64,000 bases of DNA from Clostridiales bacterium (lineage in GTDB: Bacteria; Bacillota; Clostridia; Christensenellales; QALW01), in contig SVIH01000007.1 in assembly GCA_015069575.1 (NCBI GenBank), positions 13,925-77,924 of the forward strand, read 5' to 3'. Below are positions 10,683 to 20,919 of this stretch, piece by piece (the first letter of the stretch is position 1; every line of letters starts with the position of its first letter). The notes under the pieces are model-generated. The model saw only the letters and a program-made list of their open reading frames with translations. It had not been told where the DNA came from and searched no databases. The translations under genes and the position numbers were made by a program.

Positions 10683-11594
10683 ATGTTCAGATATATTATC
10701 AAACGCGTACTGTTAGCAATATTAACAGTTTTTATAATCTGCACAATAACATTCTTTACCATGCACGCTGTTCCCGGTGGTCCTTTTAACAGGGAAAAAG
10801 CATTGAGTGAGGCTACAATTCAAGCATTAAACGAAAGATACCATCTTGATGAACCTCTTTTAACTCAATTTGGCTTATATATGAAAGGTTTACTACAAGG
10901 TGATTTTGGCGTTTCACTTAAAAACGGCAGAGAAATTTCAAATATTATTGGTGAATCCTTCCCCATTTCTGCGAAATTAGGTTTGATGGCAATGGGTCTT
11001 GCGCTTTTATTAGGTACTGTGTTTGGAAGCGTTGCTGCACTAAAAAGAAATAAATTTATTGATAGAGTTATCGTTTTCTTGTCCACCCTTTTCACTGCTG
11101 TACCAAGCTTTATTCTTGCAACCCTGTTGCTTTACATATTCTGTAACAAATTAGGTTGGTTCCCTGTTTGGAGTGTAGATAAACCAAGTTACGTTTTACC
11201 CGTTATTGCTCTTTCAGCATATCCAATGGCTTACGTTACAAGATTATCAAAAACAAGTATGCTTGATGCATTAAGCCAGGATTACATTCGCACCGCAAAA
11301 GCAAAAGGCGTTTCAAAATGGTTGATTATTTTTAAACATGCTTTAAGAAATTCACTTATTCCCGTAATAACATATGCAGGACCACAGATTGCATACATTA
11401 TTACAGGTTCAATGGTTATCGAAACTATATTTACTGTTGGCGGTATCGGTAGCAAGTTTGTTACTGCTATTAATGACCGTGACTATCCTTTAATTATGGC
11501 AACAACAGTTTTCCTTGCAACGATTATGGTTATTGCAAACCTTATCTGCGATCTTCTTTATAAAGCTGTAGATCCCAGAATTAAATATGAGTAA
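10683..11594 (+). CDS. oppB: oligopeptide ABC permease
   Basis: RYIIKR...VPGGPF, DYIRTAKAKG (EAA loop), HALRNSLIP, RDYPLI. Confidence 0.92.
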   Translation: MFRYIIKRVLLAILTVFIICTITFFTMHAVPGGPFNREKALSEATIQALNERYHLDEPLLTQFGLYMKGLLQGDFGVSLKNGREISNIIGESFPISAKLGLMAMGLALLLGTVFGSVAALKRNKFIDRVIVFLSTLFTAVPSFILATLLLYIFCNKLGWFPVWSVDKPSYVLPVIALSAYPMAYVTRLSKTSMLDALSQDYIRTAKAKGVSKWLIIFKHALRNSLIPVITYAGPQIAYIITGSMVIETIFTVGGIGSKFVTAINDRDYPLIMATTVFLATIMVIANLICDLLYKAVDPRIKYE

Positions 11595-11610
11595 CAGGAG
11601 GTAGCAGATT

Positions 11611-12678
11611 ATGGATGACAAATTTCCCAAAAAGAATATATTAAGCACACAGATCGATCTTTCAAAATTTGAGCCTGCTACTGACGATGAGAAAAGACAA
11701 CAGGATGTTATGAGTGAAAGCACCACCTTTTTTAAAGATGGTATGCGCAGGCTTATGAAAAACCCCCTTGCAGTTTTAAGTATTATTATTCTTGGTATTA
11801 TATTACTTACCATTGTTTTTGCACCTATGTTTGTTCCATACGATTATGATGAAATGATAAAGGTTAACGGTAAAAAAGACAAATCCTGTAATAACCTTGC
11901 TCCTTTTACATATAGTGAAAACGAAATGGCTTATATGGAAAAAACAGGCGAAAAGCTTTTCCCCCATATTTTTGGAACTGATGAACTTGGCAGAGATTAT
12001 TTTGTTCGTGTTATATATGGAACAAGAATTTCATTATTAGTTGGTGTTTTTGCTAGTATTATCGTTCTTATAATCGGTATGCTTTACGGAAGTATTTCAG
12101 GATATTTTGGTGGAAAAGTGGATTTGATAATGATGCGTATAGTTGATATTATCTATTCTTTACCTGATATGCTTATAATTATTTTGCTTTCGGTTGTTCT
12201 TAACCAGATAATAACATTTAAGCCCGGTTCCCTTTTATCTGAATTGGGTACAAATATGATTTCAATATTTATTGTGTTTGGTATGCTTTATTGGGTTAGT
12301 ATGGCAAGACTTATCCGTGGGCAAATACTTTCTATTAAAGAAAACGAATACATACTTGCTGCCCGTTCTATCGGCGCTAAACCAGGAAGAATTATCGGTA
12401 AACACATTTTACCTAACTGCCTTTCAGTTATAATTATTTCAACTGCGCTTCAAGTTCCCTCTGCAATTTTTACTGAAAGTTATTTAAGCTTTATTGGTTT
12501 AGGTGTTAAGGCTCCCATGCCTTCACTTGGCTCACTTGCAAACGCTGCAAGAAATGGTTTGGAATTCTATCCTTACAAACTTATATTCCCCGCTATTGTT
12601 ATATGTCTTATTGTTTTAAGCCTTAACCTTTTAGGCGATGGCTTGCGCGATGCATTTGACCCCAAATTAAAGAGGTGA
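11611..12678 (+). CDS. oppC: oligopeptide ABC permease
   Basis: HIFGTDELGRD, EYILAARSIGA, NLLGDGLRDAFDPK. Confidence 0.92.
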   Translation: MDDKFPKKNILSTQIDLSKFEPATDDEKRQQDVMSESTTFFKDGMRRLMKNPLAVLSIIILGIILLTIVFAPMFVPYDYDEMIKVNGKKDKSCNNLAPFTYSENEMAYMEKTGEKLFPHIFGTDELGRDYFVRVIYGTRISLLVGVFASIIVLIIGMLYGSISGYFGGKVDLIMMRIVDIIYSLPDMLIIILLSVVLNQIITFKPGSLLSELGTNMISIFIVFGMLYWVSMARLIRGQILSIKENEYILAARSIGAKPGRIIGKHILPNCLSVIIISTALQVPSAIFTESYLSFIGLGVKAPMPSLGSLANAARNGLEFYPYKLIFPAIVICLIVLSLNLLGDGLRDAFDPKLKR

Positions 12679-12683
12679 TTAAA

Positions 12684-13688
12684 ATGAGTGAACATCTTTT
12701 AAGCGTACAAGATCTGCACACTTCATTTTTTACCGACAAGGGTGAAGTGCAGGCAGTTAACGGTGTAACCTTCAATCTTGACAGAGGTGAAACCCTTGGT
12801 ATTGTTGGCGAATCCGGATCAGGAAAAAGTGTTACTGCATATTCAATTATGCAGATTCTTGCTGATACAGGAAAAATTGTTGGCGGTAAAATTTTATATA
12901 ACGGCAATGACCTTTCCACTTGGAACGAAAAACAAATGCGTTCTTTCAGAGGTAAATGTTGTTCAATAATTTTCCAGGATCCTATGACAAGCCTTAACCC
13001 TGTTTTTACTATTGGCAGTCAGTTAAAAGAAGCAATTACTTTACATACTGATAAAAAGGGCAAACAGGCAAAATTGAGGGCTATTGAGCTTTTAGAACTT
13101 GTTGGTATTAACGAACCTGCAAAACGATTAAAGCAATATCCGTTTGAACTTTCAGGCGGTATGCGTCAAAGAGTTATGATTGCAATGGCACTTGCATGCG
13201 AGCCTGATATTTTAATTGCTGATGAACCTACAACTGCACTTGATGTTACTATTCAGGCACAGATTCTTGAACTTATGCAGGAATTACAAAAGAAACTTGG
13301 AATGGCTGTTATTCTTGTTACCCATGACCTTGGCGTTATTGCTGACCTTTGTGATAATATCGTGGTTATGTACGGTGGAAAAATTTGTGAACGCGGAACT
13401 GCTAAAGAAATTTTTTATAACCCAAAACATGAATACACAAAAGGTCTTTTAAAATCAATTCCTAACATAAACAAAATGAAGGAAAAATTAATTCCTATTG
13501 CCGGCACACCTATTAACATGCTTAATTTACCTAAAGGCTGTTCATTTTGTGCCCGTTGCGATAATGCAATGAAAATTTGTTTAACCGAGCAACCTGAAGA
13601 ACTTGTTATAAACGAAAATCACAAGGCTTCATGCTGGATGAATGTTAAAAACGCACTTAAAAACGAAGGAAGTGAAGCAAATGAGTGA
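12684..13688 (+). CDS. oppD: oligopeptide ABC ATPase
   Basis: [25 protein letters not shown], and a C-terminal Cys cluster. Confidence 0.92.
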   Translation: MSEHLLSVQDLHTSFFTDKGEVQAVNGVTFNLDRGETLGIVGESGSGKSVTAYSIMQILADTGKIVGGKILYNGNDLSTWNEKQMRSFRGKCCSIIFQDPMTSLNPVFTIGSQLKEAITLHTDKKGKQAKLRAIELLELVGINEPAKRLKQYPFELSGGMRQRVMIAMALACEPDILIADEPTTALDVTIQAQILELMQELQKKLGMAVILVTHDLGVIADLCDNIVVMYGGKICERGTAKEIFYNPKHEYTKGLLKSIPNINKMKEKLIPIAGTPINMLNLPKGCSFCARCDNAMKICLTEQPEELVINENHKASCWMNVKNALKNEGSEANE

Positions 13689-14637
13689 TATTTTATTAGA
13701 AGTAAAAAACTTAAAGCAATACTTCCCTGTTCGTTCTAATGGTAAAAAAGTTCCTTTAAAGGCGGTTGATGATGTTTCATTTACCATTAATAAGGGTGAA
13801 ACATTGGGCCTTGTTGGTGAATCCGGTTGTGGCAAAACAACTGTTGGAAGATCTATCCTTCAATTATACAAGCCCACCGCTGGTGAAGTTTATTTTGATG
13901 GTGAACTTGTTACAGATAAAAATATTAACCAAATGCGTAAAAAAATGCAGATGGTTTTTCAGGATCCATATTCTTCATTAGACCCAAGAATGACTGTTGA
14001 AGATATTATTGGCGAGCCATTAGATGTACATAAACTGTATTCAAACAAGAAAGAGCGCCGCGAAAAAATTCTTGAACTTATGAATTATGTTGGCCTTAAT
14101 GCTGAACATGCAACACGTTATGCACATGAATTTTCAGGTGGTCAGCGTCAACGTATAGGTATTGCGCGTGCATTAGCTGTTGATCCGCAATTTATTGTTT
14201 GCGATGAACCTGTTTCTGCGCTTGACGTTTCTATACAGGCACAGGTTATCAATATGTTTGAGGATCTTCAAAAGAAACTTGGCGTTGCATATCTTTTTAT
14301 TGCCCACGATTTATTAGTTGTTCACCACATTTCAAAACGAATTGCGGTTATGTATTTAGGAAAAATAGTTGAAATTGCTGAAGCTGATGATTTGAACGAA
14401 AATCCACAGCACCCCTACACACAATCATTACTTTCTGCAGTACCTATTCCCGATCCTGATATTACAAGAAGCCGCAAACGTATTATTCTTGAAGGTGATG
14501 TTCCAAGTCCCCTTAATACTCCATCAGGTTGTGCTTTCCGCACAAGATGTAAGTATGCTACTGAAAAATGTGCTATGGAATGTCCTTCCCTTACCGATCG
14601 CGGTAACGGTCACTTTGTTGCTTGTTGGAACAAATAA
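13681..14637 (+). CDS. oppF: oligopeptide ABC ATPase
   Basis: [25 protein letters not shown]; start set at MSDILL. Confidence 0.92.
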   Translation: MSDILLEVKNLKQYFPVRSNGKKVPLKAVDDVSFTINKGETLGLVGESGCGKTTVGRSILQLYKPTAGEVYFDGELVTDKNINQMRKKMQMVFQDPYSSLDPRMTVEDIIGEPLDVHKLYSNKKERREKILELMNYVGLNAEHATRYAHEFSGGQRQRIGIARALAVDPQFIVCDEPVSALDVSIQAQVINMFEDLQKKLGVAYLFIAHDLLVVHHISKRIAVMYLGKIVEIAEADDLNENPQHPYTQSLLSAVPIPDPDITRSRKRIILEGDVPSPLNTPSGCAFRTRCKYATEKCAMECPSLTDRGNGHFVACWNK

Positions 14638-14736
14638 AGAAATCACTTTTTATACTTTGTAACAAATGTGGTTGTTGTTTGTTAATTTAGTATAAAAGGA
14701 TTTTATAAAAAATATTTTCTTAGGAGGAAAAGAAAA

Positions 14737-16497
14737 ATGAAAAAACTGTTCGCAATTCTTCTTGCACTTGTTACTGTTTTCTCATTCTGTGCTTGCAACC
14801 CCAATGATGGACCAGGCGTTGGCGGCGACGTTGATGCAGAAAGCCTTTTAAGTGATGCATTTATTGATCCCGTTAACGGATGGAAGGTTTATGATGATCT
14901 TATTGCACAGATCAAAGCAGAAACTGACTATGCAAAACGTGCTGAACTTATGCATAAGGCTGAAGACATCCTTATGTCAAACGGTTGCGTTATTCCCCTT
15001 TACTACTACAATGATATCTACATGCAGAAATCATATGTAGAAAATGTTTATTGCAACCTTTTCGGTTATAAGTTCTTCCACAATGTTAACATGACAAATG
15101 GTGAAAAAACACTTCGTGTTAACCTTGCAAGTGAACCTGATTTCCTTGATCCTGCACTTAACTCATCAGTAGACGGCGCATGCCTTGCAGTTAACTCATT
15201 CGCAGGTCTTTACACCTACGATAAAGATGGAAAAACTGTTCCTGATCTTGCAACAGGATACACAGTTTCAGAACCTGCTGAAGATGGCTCTGTTACATTT
15301 ACTGTAACACTTAAAGATGGTCTTAAATGGTCAGATGGTTCAGCTCTTACTGCAAAAGACTTTGAATATTCATGGAAGCGCGCTGCTAGTGAAAAAACAG
15401 CTTCTGACTATGGATATATGTTCTCAACATTTGTTGGATATCCAAATGATCTTAGCGTTAGTGCAACAAACGATACAACTCTTGTTTTTGCTTTAACTGC
15501 TCCTTGCGCTTACATCGAAGGACTTATGGCATTCCCCACATTCTTCCCTGTTAAGCAGACAGCTGTTGAAAGTTACGATGATTGGCAGACTTCACCTGGC
15601 GGATGGTGCCAAGAAGCTGGCTTCATTTCAAACGGACCTTTCATCTGCACAGGTTGGACACATGATCAGTCAATGATTTATGAAAAGAACCCCTACTATC
15701 ATAATGCAGATAAGGTAACAATCGACAAGCTTACATTTATGCTTTCAGCTGATGATACAGCTATTTACAATGCATACAAAGCAAACAACGTTGATTTTAT
15801 TGACAGTGTTCCCACTGATGCTATTAAGGAACTTAAAAATAATCCTGAATTCAAGATTATTGATAACCTTGGTACATATTATGTAGCATTCAATGCTAAC
15901 AGTGATCTTTTCAAAGGCAAAACTGCTGCTGAAGCTGCTTGCATGCGTCTTGCATTCAACATCCTTATCGACCGTGATTATATCTGTGAAAGCGTTGGTC
16001 AGACAGGCCAGATCGCCGCTAACTCATATATTCCTGTTGGTATGAAAGATGGTAACGGTGGTATCTTCAAACCCACTGCTGCAGACAATGCATACTTTGA
16101 TGATAAAGCTATCAATGAAAAGCCCGAAGAAACTCTTGACCTTGCACGTAAATATCTTATGGCTGCAGGCTTCAAGTTTGATGCAGAAGGTAAACTTTCA
16201 AGCGAAACACCTATCGTTATTGAATACCTTACAAACGACGGTACAGGCCACGTTGCTGCTGCACAGTCAATGCAGACCGACTTTAAAGAAATCGGTATTG
16301 AAATGACAATTCAGCAGGTTGAATGGAATACATTCCTTCAGGAACGTAAACAGGGTAACTTTGATATTGCCCGTGAAGGTTGGCTTGCTGACTTTGATGA
16401 CCCCATCAACATGCTTGAAATGTTCACAACTGATTCTGGTAACAACGACTGCCAGTTTGGTCGTAACCAGGCTTGGAAAGATGCTCAGGCAAAATAA
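14737..16497 (+). CDS. oppA: oligopeptide-binding lipoprotein (SBP family 5), apparently circularly permuted
   Basis: Lipobox FCAC; LASEPDFLDPA, LKWSDG, AKDFEYSW, NGPF, GWLADFDDP. Confidence 0.9.
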   Translation: MKKLFAILLALVTVFSFCACNPNDGPGVGGDVDAESLLSDAFIDPVNGWKVYDDLIAQIKAETDYAKRAELMHKAEDILMSNGCVIPLYYYNDIYMQKSYVENVYCNLFGYKFFHNVNMTNGEKTLRVNLASEPDFLDPALNSSVDGACLAVNSFAGLYTYDKDGKTVPDLATGYTVSEPAEDGSVTFTVTLKDGLKWSDGSALTAKDFEYSWKRAASEKTASDYGYMFSTFVGYPNDLSVSATNDTTLVFALTAPCAYIEGLMAFPTFFPVKQTAVESYDDWQTSPGGWCQEAGFISNGPFICTGWTHDQSMIYEKNPYYHNADKVTIDKLTFMLSADDTAIYNAYKANNVDFIDSVPTDAIKELKNNPEFKIIDNLGTYYVAFNANSDLFKGKTAAEAACMRLAFNILIDRDYICESVGQTGQIAANSYIPVGMKDGNGGIFKPTAADNAYFDDKAINEKPEETLDLARKYLMAAGFKFDAEGKLSSETPIVIEYLTNDGTGHVAAAQSMQTDFKEIGIEMTIQQVEWNTFLQERKQGNFDIAREGWLADFDDPINMLEMFTTDSGNNDCQFGRNQAWKDAQAK

Positions 16498-16518
16498 TAA
16501 ATTATTTATTTAACAACC

Positions 16519-16552
16519 AAAAAGACACTTCAAAATTTGAAGTGTCTTTTTT
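16519..16552 (+). terminator. opp operon terminator
   Basis: aaaagacacttcaa...ttgaagtgtctttt hairpin. Confidence 0.8.
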
Positions 16553-16558
16553 AACTAT

Positions 16559-16589
16559 AAAAAAACAGGATTTAAAAATCCTGTTTTTG
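16559..16589 (-). terminator. terminator of the oxidoreductase operon
   Basis: aaaaacaggattt-aa-aaatcctgttttt hairpin. Confidence 0.75.
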
Positions 16590-16591
16590 AT

Positions 16592-17128
16592 TTAATCTTT
16601 ATAATTATATCCTGCTTCAAGTGCAAGCATATTTTTTTCAACAAGTTCTTGTTTTTTAGCAGGAACAAGTTTTTTAACAGTATCGATCATATCGTCAAAT
16701 GAAAAGATGCCTGTTTCTTTAATCATTTTACCAATTAAAATCATATTTGCTAAGGTTGGAACGCCTGCATCTATTGCCATCTGCGTTGCAGGAATATAAA
16801 ACGCCTTAACATCATCACGGTTTACTTTTCTTGAAACAAGAGTGCTATCAACAAAAATACTTCCGCCACTAACGGTATCATTTTCATATCTGTCTAACGA
16901 TGGAAGATTCATTGCAATTAAAACATCAGGATTAGAAACGATTGGTGAGCCAACAGGTTCATCACTTAAAATAACCCCGCAACTTGCTGTACCACCACGC
17001 ATTTCAGGACCGTATGAAGGCAACCAACTAACTTCTTTATCTTCAACGAGACCTTTAAATGCCAAGAATTTACCTGCAAACAAAACACCTTGTCCGCCAA
17101 ATCCTGAAATAAGAGTTTGTGTTGTCAT
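16592..17128 (-). CDS. 2-oxoacid:ferredoxin oxidoreductase gamma subunit
   Basis: [21 protein letters not shown]; start set at MTTQTL. Confidence 0.9.
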   Translation of the reverse strand: MTTQTLISGFGGQGVLFAGKFLAFKGLVEDKEVSWLPSYGPEMRGGTASCGVILSDEPVGSPIVSNPDVLIAMNLPSLDRYENDTVSGGSIFVDSTLVSRKVNRDDVKAFYIPATQMAIDAGVPTLANMILIGKMIKETGIFSFDDMIDTVKKLVPAKKQELVEKNMLALEAGYNYKD

Positions 17129-17132
17129 TTTA

Positions 17133-17882
17133 TTAGTCCTCCTTTTTAGCGCTTCTATCCTTATAAACACCTAAGGGATAATAAGGAATCATATTTTCTT
17201 CAAGCCATTTAAGTGCGTTAGAAGGCGTCATACCCCAGTTTGTTGGGCAGGAAGAAACAACTTCAATTAATGAGAAGCCTTTGCCTTCAACCTGATTCTT
17301 GAATGCCTTTAAGATGGCTTTTTTAGCGTTACGAACGTTTTTAACATTATTAACTGCAACGCGTTCAATATATTCAGGACCATCAAGAGATGAAAGCAGT
17401 TCGCTTACCTTAATTGGAAATCCCTGATTATTAATATCGCGTCCGTATGGTGATGTTTGTGTTACCTGACCGGGCAACGATGTAGGTGCCATCTGACCGC
17501 CTGTCATACCGTAAATTGCGTTATTAACAAAAATTATAGTAATATTTTCATTTCTTGTAGCTGCATGAACTGTTTCTGCCATACCGATAGAAGCAAGGTC
17601 ACCATCGCCCTGATATGTAAAGATAATATTCTCGGGCATTGAACGCTTAAGGCCTGTTGCAATAGCAGGTGCTCTGCCGTGGGCTGCTTCAACCATATCA
17701 CAAGCAAAGTAATCATATGCCATAACTGCACAACCAACAGGTGCAACACCGATTGTTTTGCCTTCAATCTGAAGTTCATCAATAGCTTCAGCAACAAGAC
17801 GGTGAATTATACCATGAGTACAGCCCGGGCAATAATGAAAAGGTGCATCTGTAAGTGCATGTGGTTTATCAAATACTTTCAT
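17133..17882 (-). CDS. 2-oxoacid:ferredoxin oxidoreductase beta (TPP-binding) subunit
   Basis: [18 protein letters not shown]...[18 protein letters not shown]. Confidence 0.92.
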   Translation of the reverse strand: MKVFDKPHALTDAPFHYCPGCTHGIIHRLVAEAIDELQIEGKTIGVAPVGCAVMAYDYFACDMVEAAHGRAPAIATGLKRSMPENIIFTYQGDGDLASIGMAETVHAATRNENITIIFVNNAIYGMTGGQMAPTSLPGQVTQTSPYGRDINNQGFPIKVSELLSSLDGPEYIERVAVNNVKNVRNAKKAILKAFKNQVEGKGFSLIEVVSSCPTNWGMTPSNALKWLEENMIPYYPLGVYKDRSAKKED

Positions 17883-18943
17883 TATTTATTCTCCTTTGCA
17901 AGATTTTTAATGGATTCAAGCACCTGTTCAGGTGTTGGAATCATACCGCCTGAACGGTTACAAAGTGTAACAGGTTTTTTGCACTTTGTAGCAAGTTTAA
18001 CATCTTCAATCATCTGACCCATTGAAAGTTCAACAGAAACAAAACCTTTAACCTTATCAGCGGCTTTATCAAGAACTTCTGTTGGGAAGGGCCAAAGTGT
18101 AATAGGTCTGATCAAACCAACCTTAATGCCCTCTTTTCTTGCTGCAACTACTGCGTTTTTAGCAACACGGGCAGCAATACCGAATGCAACAACACAATAT
18201 TCTGCGTCGTCCATCATATATTCTTCATACATAACTTCATTTTCTTCAATGGTCTTATATCTTTCATAACGTTCAAAGTTAACCTTTTCAAGAACGTCAG
18301 GTTTAAGATAAAGTGAATTGATGATGTTATGCTTTCTTTCCATTTTTGTTCCGCGAACTGCCCATGGTTTTTCAACCTGAACGGGTTCAACATCAGGAAG
18401 AGCAACAGGCTCCATCATCTGACCCATTGTTCCATCTGCAAGAAGCATCGCGGGAACTCTGTATTTATCAGAAAGGTCAAAAGCCTTAATAGTAAGATCA
18501 GCCATTTCCTGAACAGAAGCAGGAGCGAGAACGATTAAACGGTAGTCACCATGTCCGCCGCCCTTTGTAGCCTGGAAATAATCTGACTGTGAAGGCTGAA
18601 TTCCGCCTAAACCGGGACCGCCACGCTGAACATTAACAATTAATGCAGGAAGATCTGCACCTGCAATATATGAGATACCTTCTTGTTTAAGGGAAATTCC
18701 AGGGCTTGAAGAAGACGTCATAACTCTAAAGCCTGCGCCTGCAACGCCATAAACCATATTGATGGCTGAAACTTCACTTTCTGCCTGAAGGAAAACACCG
18801 TCAACCTTTGGCATACGCTTTGCCATATATGCGGCAATTTCTGTTTGGGGGGTAATGGGATAACCGAAATAATGACGGCATCCTGCCTTGATAGCGGCTT
18901 CAGCGATCGCTTCATTACCTTTCATTAAAACTTTTTCTGCCAT
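17882..18943 (-). CDS. 2-oxoacid:ferredoxin oxidoreductase alpha subunit (3-methyl-2-oxobutanoate dehydrogenase VorB-like)
   Basis: KGNEAIAEAA, FGYPITPQTE, QAESE, TSSSSPGISL, QRGGPGLG. Confidence 0.9.
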   Translation of the reverse strand: MAEKVLMKGNEAIAEAAIKAGCRHYFGYPITPQTEIAAYMAKRMPKVDGVFLQAESEVSAINMVYGVAGAGFRVMTSSSSPGISLKQEGISYIAGADLPALIVNVQRGGPGLGGIQPSQSDYFQATKGGGHGDYRLIVLAPASVQEMADLTIKAFDLSDKYRVPAMLLADGTMGQMMEPVALPDVEPVQVEKPWAVRGTKMERKHNIINSLYLKPDVLEKVNFERYERYKTIEENEVMYEEYMMDDAEYCVVAFGIAARVAKNAVVAARKEGIKVGLIRPITLWPFPTEVLDKAADKVKGFVSVELSMGQMIEDVKLATKCKKPVTLCNRSGGMIPTPEQVLESIKNLAKENK

Positions 18944-18954
18944 TTTTATTCACC

Positions 18955-19161
18955 TCATTTTTCAACGGTAATTACACAGTCAGGGCACATTGTTGCACAA
19001 AAAGCGCAAGCAATACAACTATCCTGATCAGTAATTTCTGCCGGAGAATGTCCTTTCGCATTTAATTTGTCTTTTGCTAAAGCAATGATTTTTTTAGGAC
19101 ACGCATCAACACAAAGACCACAACCTTTGCAAGCGTCCGTTTTAAAAGTAACTTTTGCCAT
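18955..19161 (-). CDS. 2[4Fe-4S] ferredoxin (delta subunit)
   Basis: CKGCGLCVDACP and CIACAFCATMCP. Confidence 0.92.
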   Translation of the reverse strand: MAKVTFKTDACKGCGLCVDACPKKIIALAKDKLNAKGHSPAEITDQDSCIACAFCATMCPDCVITVEK

Positions 19162-19163
19162 TA

Positions 19164-19832
19164 TTAACTCTCCTTTATATCAAAGTACTTTTCCTGTAAT
19201 TTTAAAGTAAGTTTATTATCAAGGGAAACATCAATATCTTCACGAATCGTTGTATATATAACAGGTAACCCTGTTAATTTAGAAAGCCTTTCAGTTTCTT
19301 TTTGTGAAGATAAAATAATTTCAGCATCCGTATCGTTACCGATATTTGAGTTGTTGATTATTGCCGTAAATGGTATTTTACAGGCAAATTCAATCTCCTT
19401 CATAACTTCCAAGGCTTCTTCTGCCGTTCGTGTTAATGGGCGGTAACAGTTAAAAACAAAGCACATTTCGTAATTATTTTCTTCTTTTATATAAGGCGCA
19501 TATCTGCCTAAAGCATACGCACCCCTATCATCGCCGCCAACATCAAGCACTGCATAAAAATCCTTTTGTTGAACAAGGCTGTACGCTTCCTGTGGGAGCG
19601 CAGGTAAATCAACATTTGTATTCGCAAAAGCAGGTGAAATCAACTGAATATCTGCTTCTGTTAATTCCTTTAAACTATCCTTTGTTCTGAAATACGGATT
19701 AACTATATCAAGATCAGCAATTTTTACATTATAGCCATCTTGTTTTATTTTTAGTGCAAGGTTTACGGCAACATTTGTTTTTCCGCTACCGTAATGACCT
19801 GCTAAAATATAAACTCTTTTATACTTAGCCAT
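19164..19832 (-). CDS. MinD/ParA/CobQ-like P-loop ATPase of unknown function
   Basis: GHYGSGKT, ADLDIVNPYFR, LDVGGD. Confidence 0.75.
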   Translation of the reverse strand: MAKYKRVYILAGHYGSGKTNVAVNLALKIKQDGYNVKIADLDIVNPYFRTKDSLKELTEADIQLISPAFANTNVDLPALPQEAYSLVQQKDFYAVLDVGGDDRGAYALGRYAPYIKEENNYEMCFVFNCYRPLTRTAEEALEVMKEIEFACKIPFTAIINNSNIGNDTDAEIILSSQKETERLSKLTGLPVIYTTIREDIDVSLDNKLTLKLQEKYFDIKES

Positions 19833-20904
19833 TGCAAACCTTAACTATCCAATTATGTTCGTCTTTAATCTTACCCCACTGAATTCCTGTAAGGTTATCA
19901 TAAAGTTTTTGTGTAACCTCACCAATAAGGTTGTTTGAAACGGTATATGCTTCGCCTTCATAGAAAAGCTGACCGATAGGTGAAACAACTGCAGCTGTGC
20001 CTGTTCCCCATGCTTCTTCTAATTTGCCATTCTTTGCTGCTTCAAAAAGTTCCTGAACTGAGAAAAGACGTTCTTCAACTTCATATCCCCACTCTTTTAA
20101 AAGTGCGATACATGATCTTCTTGTTACACCGGGAAGAACTGAACCTGTAAGTTCGGGGGTGATGATCTTGCCATCAACCTTAAACATAACATTCATACTG
20201 CCAACTTCTTCAATATACTTTCTATGAACACCATCAAGCCAAAGCACCTGTGTGTAGCCTGCCAATTCAGCCTTTTGACCTGCACGAAGGCTTGCCGCAT
20301 AGTTACCACCGCATTTAGCGTAACCTGTTCCGCCTTTAACGGCACGAACATCAGTAGACTCAATAGCAATCTTAACAGGGTTAATGCCCTCTGCATAATA
20401 AGCGCCAACAGGTGAGCAGATTACAACGAAAGTTGCATTATGAACTGCGTGAACACCAAGGTGAGGATCGTTACCAAACATATATGGACGAAGATAAAGT
20501 GATGTACCTTCTGCTTTTGGTACCCAGTCCTTTTCAATTTCAACGATTGTTTTTAAAATATCAAGACATCCTTCTTCATCTAAAAGAGGAAGACAAAGGC
20601 GTTCTGCTGAATCATTAAGACGGCGGATGTTATCCATGGGTCTGAAAAGGCAGATTTCGTTATCAACTGTGCGATATGCCTTCATACCTTCAAAAATTTC
20701 TGCACCGTAGTGAAGAACTGTTGATGCAGGATGGATAGGCATTGGTCCGAAGGGAACGATTCTGCCATCGTGCCAGCCCTGTTCATCGTTATAATCCATA
20801 ATGAACATATGGTCAGTAAAAACTTTACCAAAGCCAAGTTTTGATTCATCCTGTGGCTTATTTTTTGGTTCTGTTGTTTTTGTTATTTTAATATCATACT
20901 TCAT
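19825..20904 (-). CDS. ilvE: branched-chain amino acid aminotransferase
   Basis: LGFGKVFTDHM, LHYGAEIFEGMKAY, YLRP, AKCGGNY, EEVGSMN, LPGVTR, GTAAV. Confidence 0.95.
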   Translation of the reverse strand: MKYDIKITKTTEPKNKPQDESKLGFGKVFTDHMFIMDYNDEQGWHDGRIVPFGPMPIHPASTVLHYGAEIFEGMKAYRTVDNEICLFRPMDNIRRLNDSAERLCLPLLDEEGCLDILKTIVEIEKDWVPKAEGTSLYLRPYMFGNDPHLGVHAVHNATFVVICSPVGAYYAEGINPVKIAIESTDVRAVKGGTGYAKCGGNYAASLRAGQKAELAGYTQVLWLDGVHRKYIEEVGSMNVMFKVDGKIITPELTGSVLPGVTRRSCIALLKEWGYEVEERLFSVQELFEAAKNGKLEEAWGTGTAAVVSPIGQLFYEGEAYTVSNNLIGEVTQKLYDNLTGIQWGKIKDEHNWIVKVCNG

Positions 20905-20919
20905 AATAACACACTCCGA

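Noticed and set aside
16592-20904. Reading ilvE plus the oxidoreductase as Stickland-type amino-acid catabolism
   Set aside because: T-box control implies induction on starvation, and the ligases are AMP-forming. This reading is disfavoured but not disproven.
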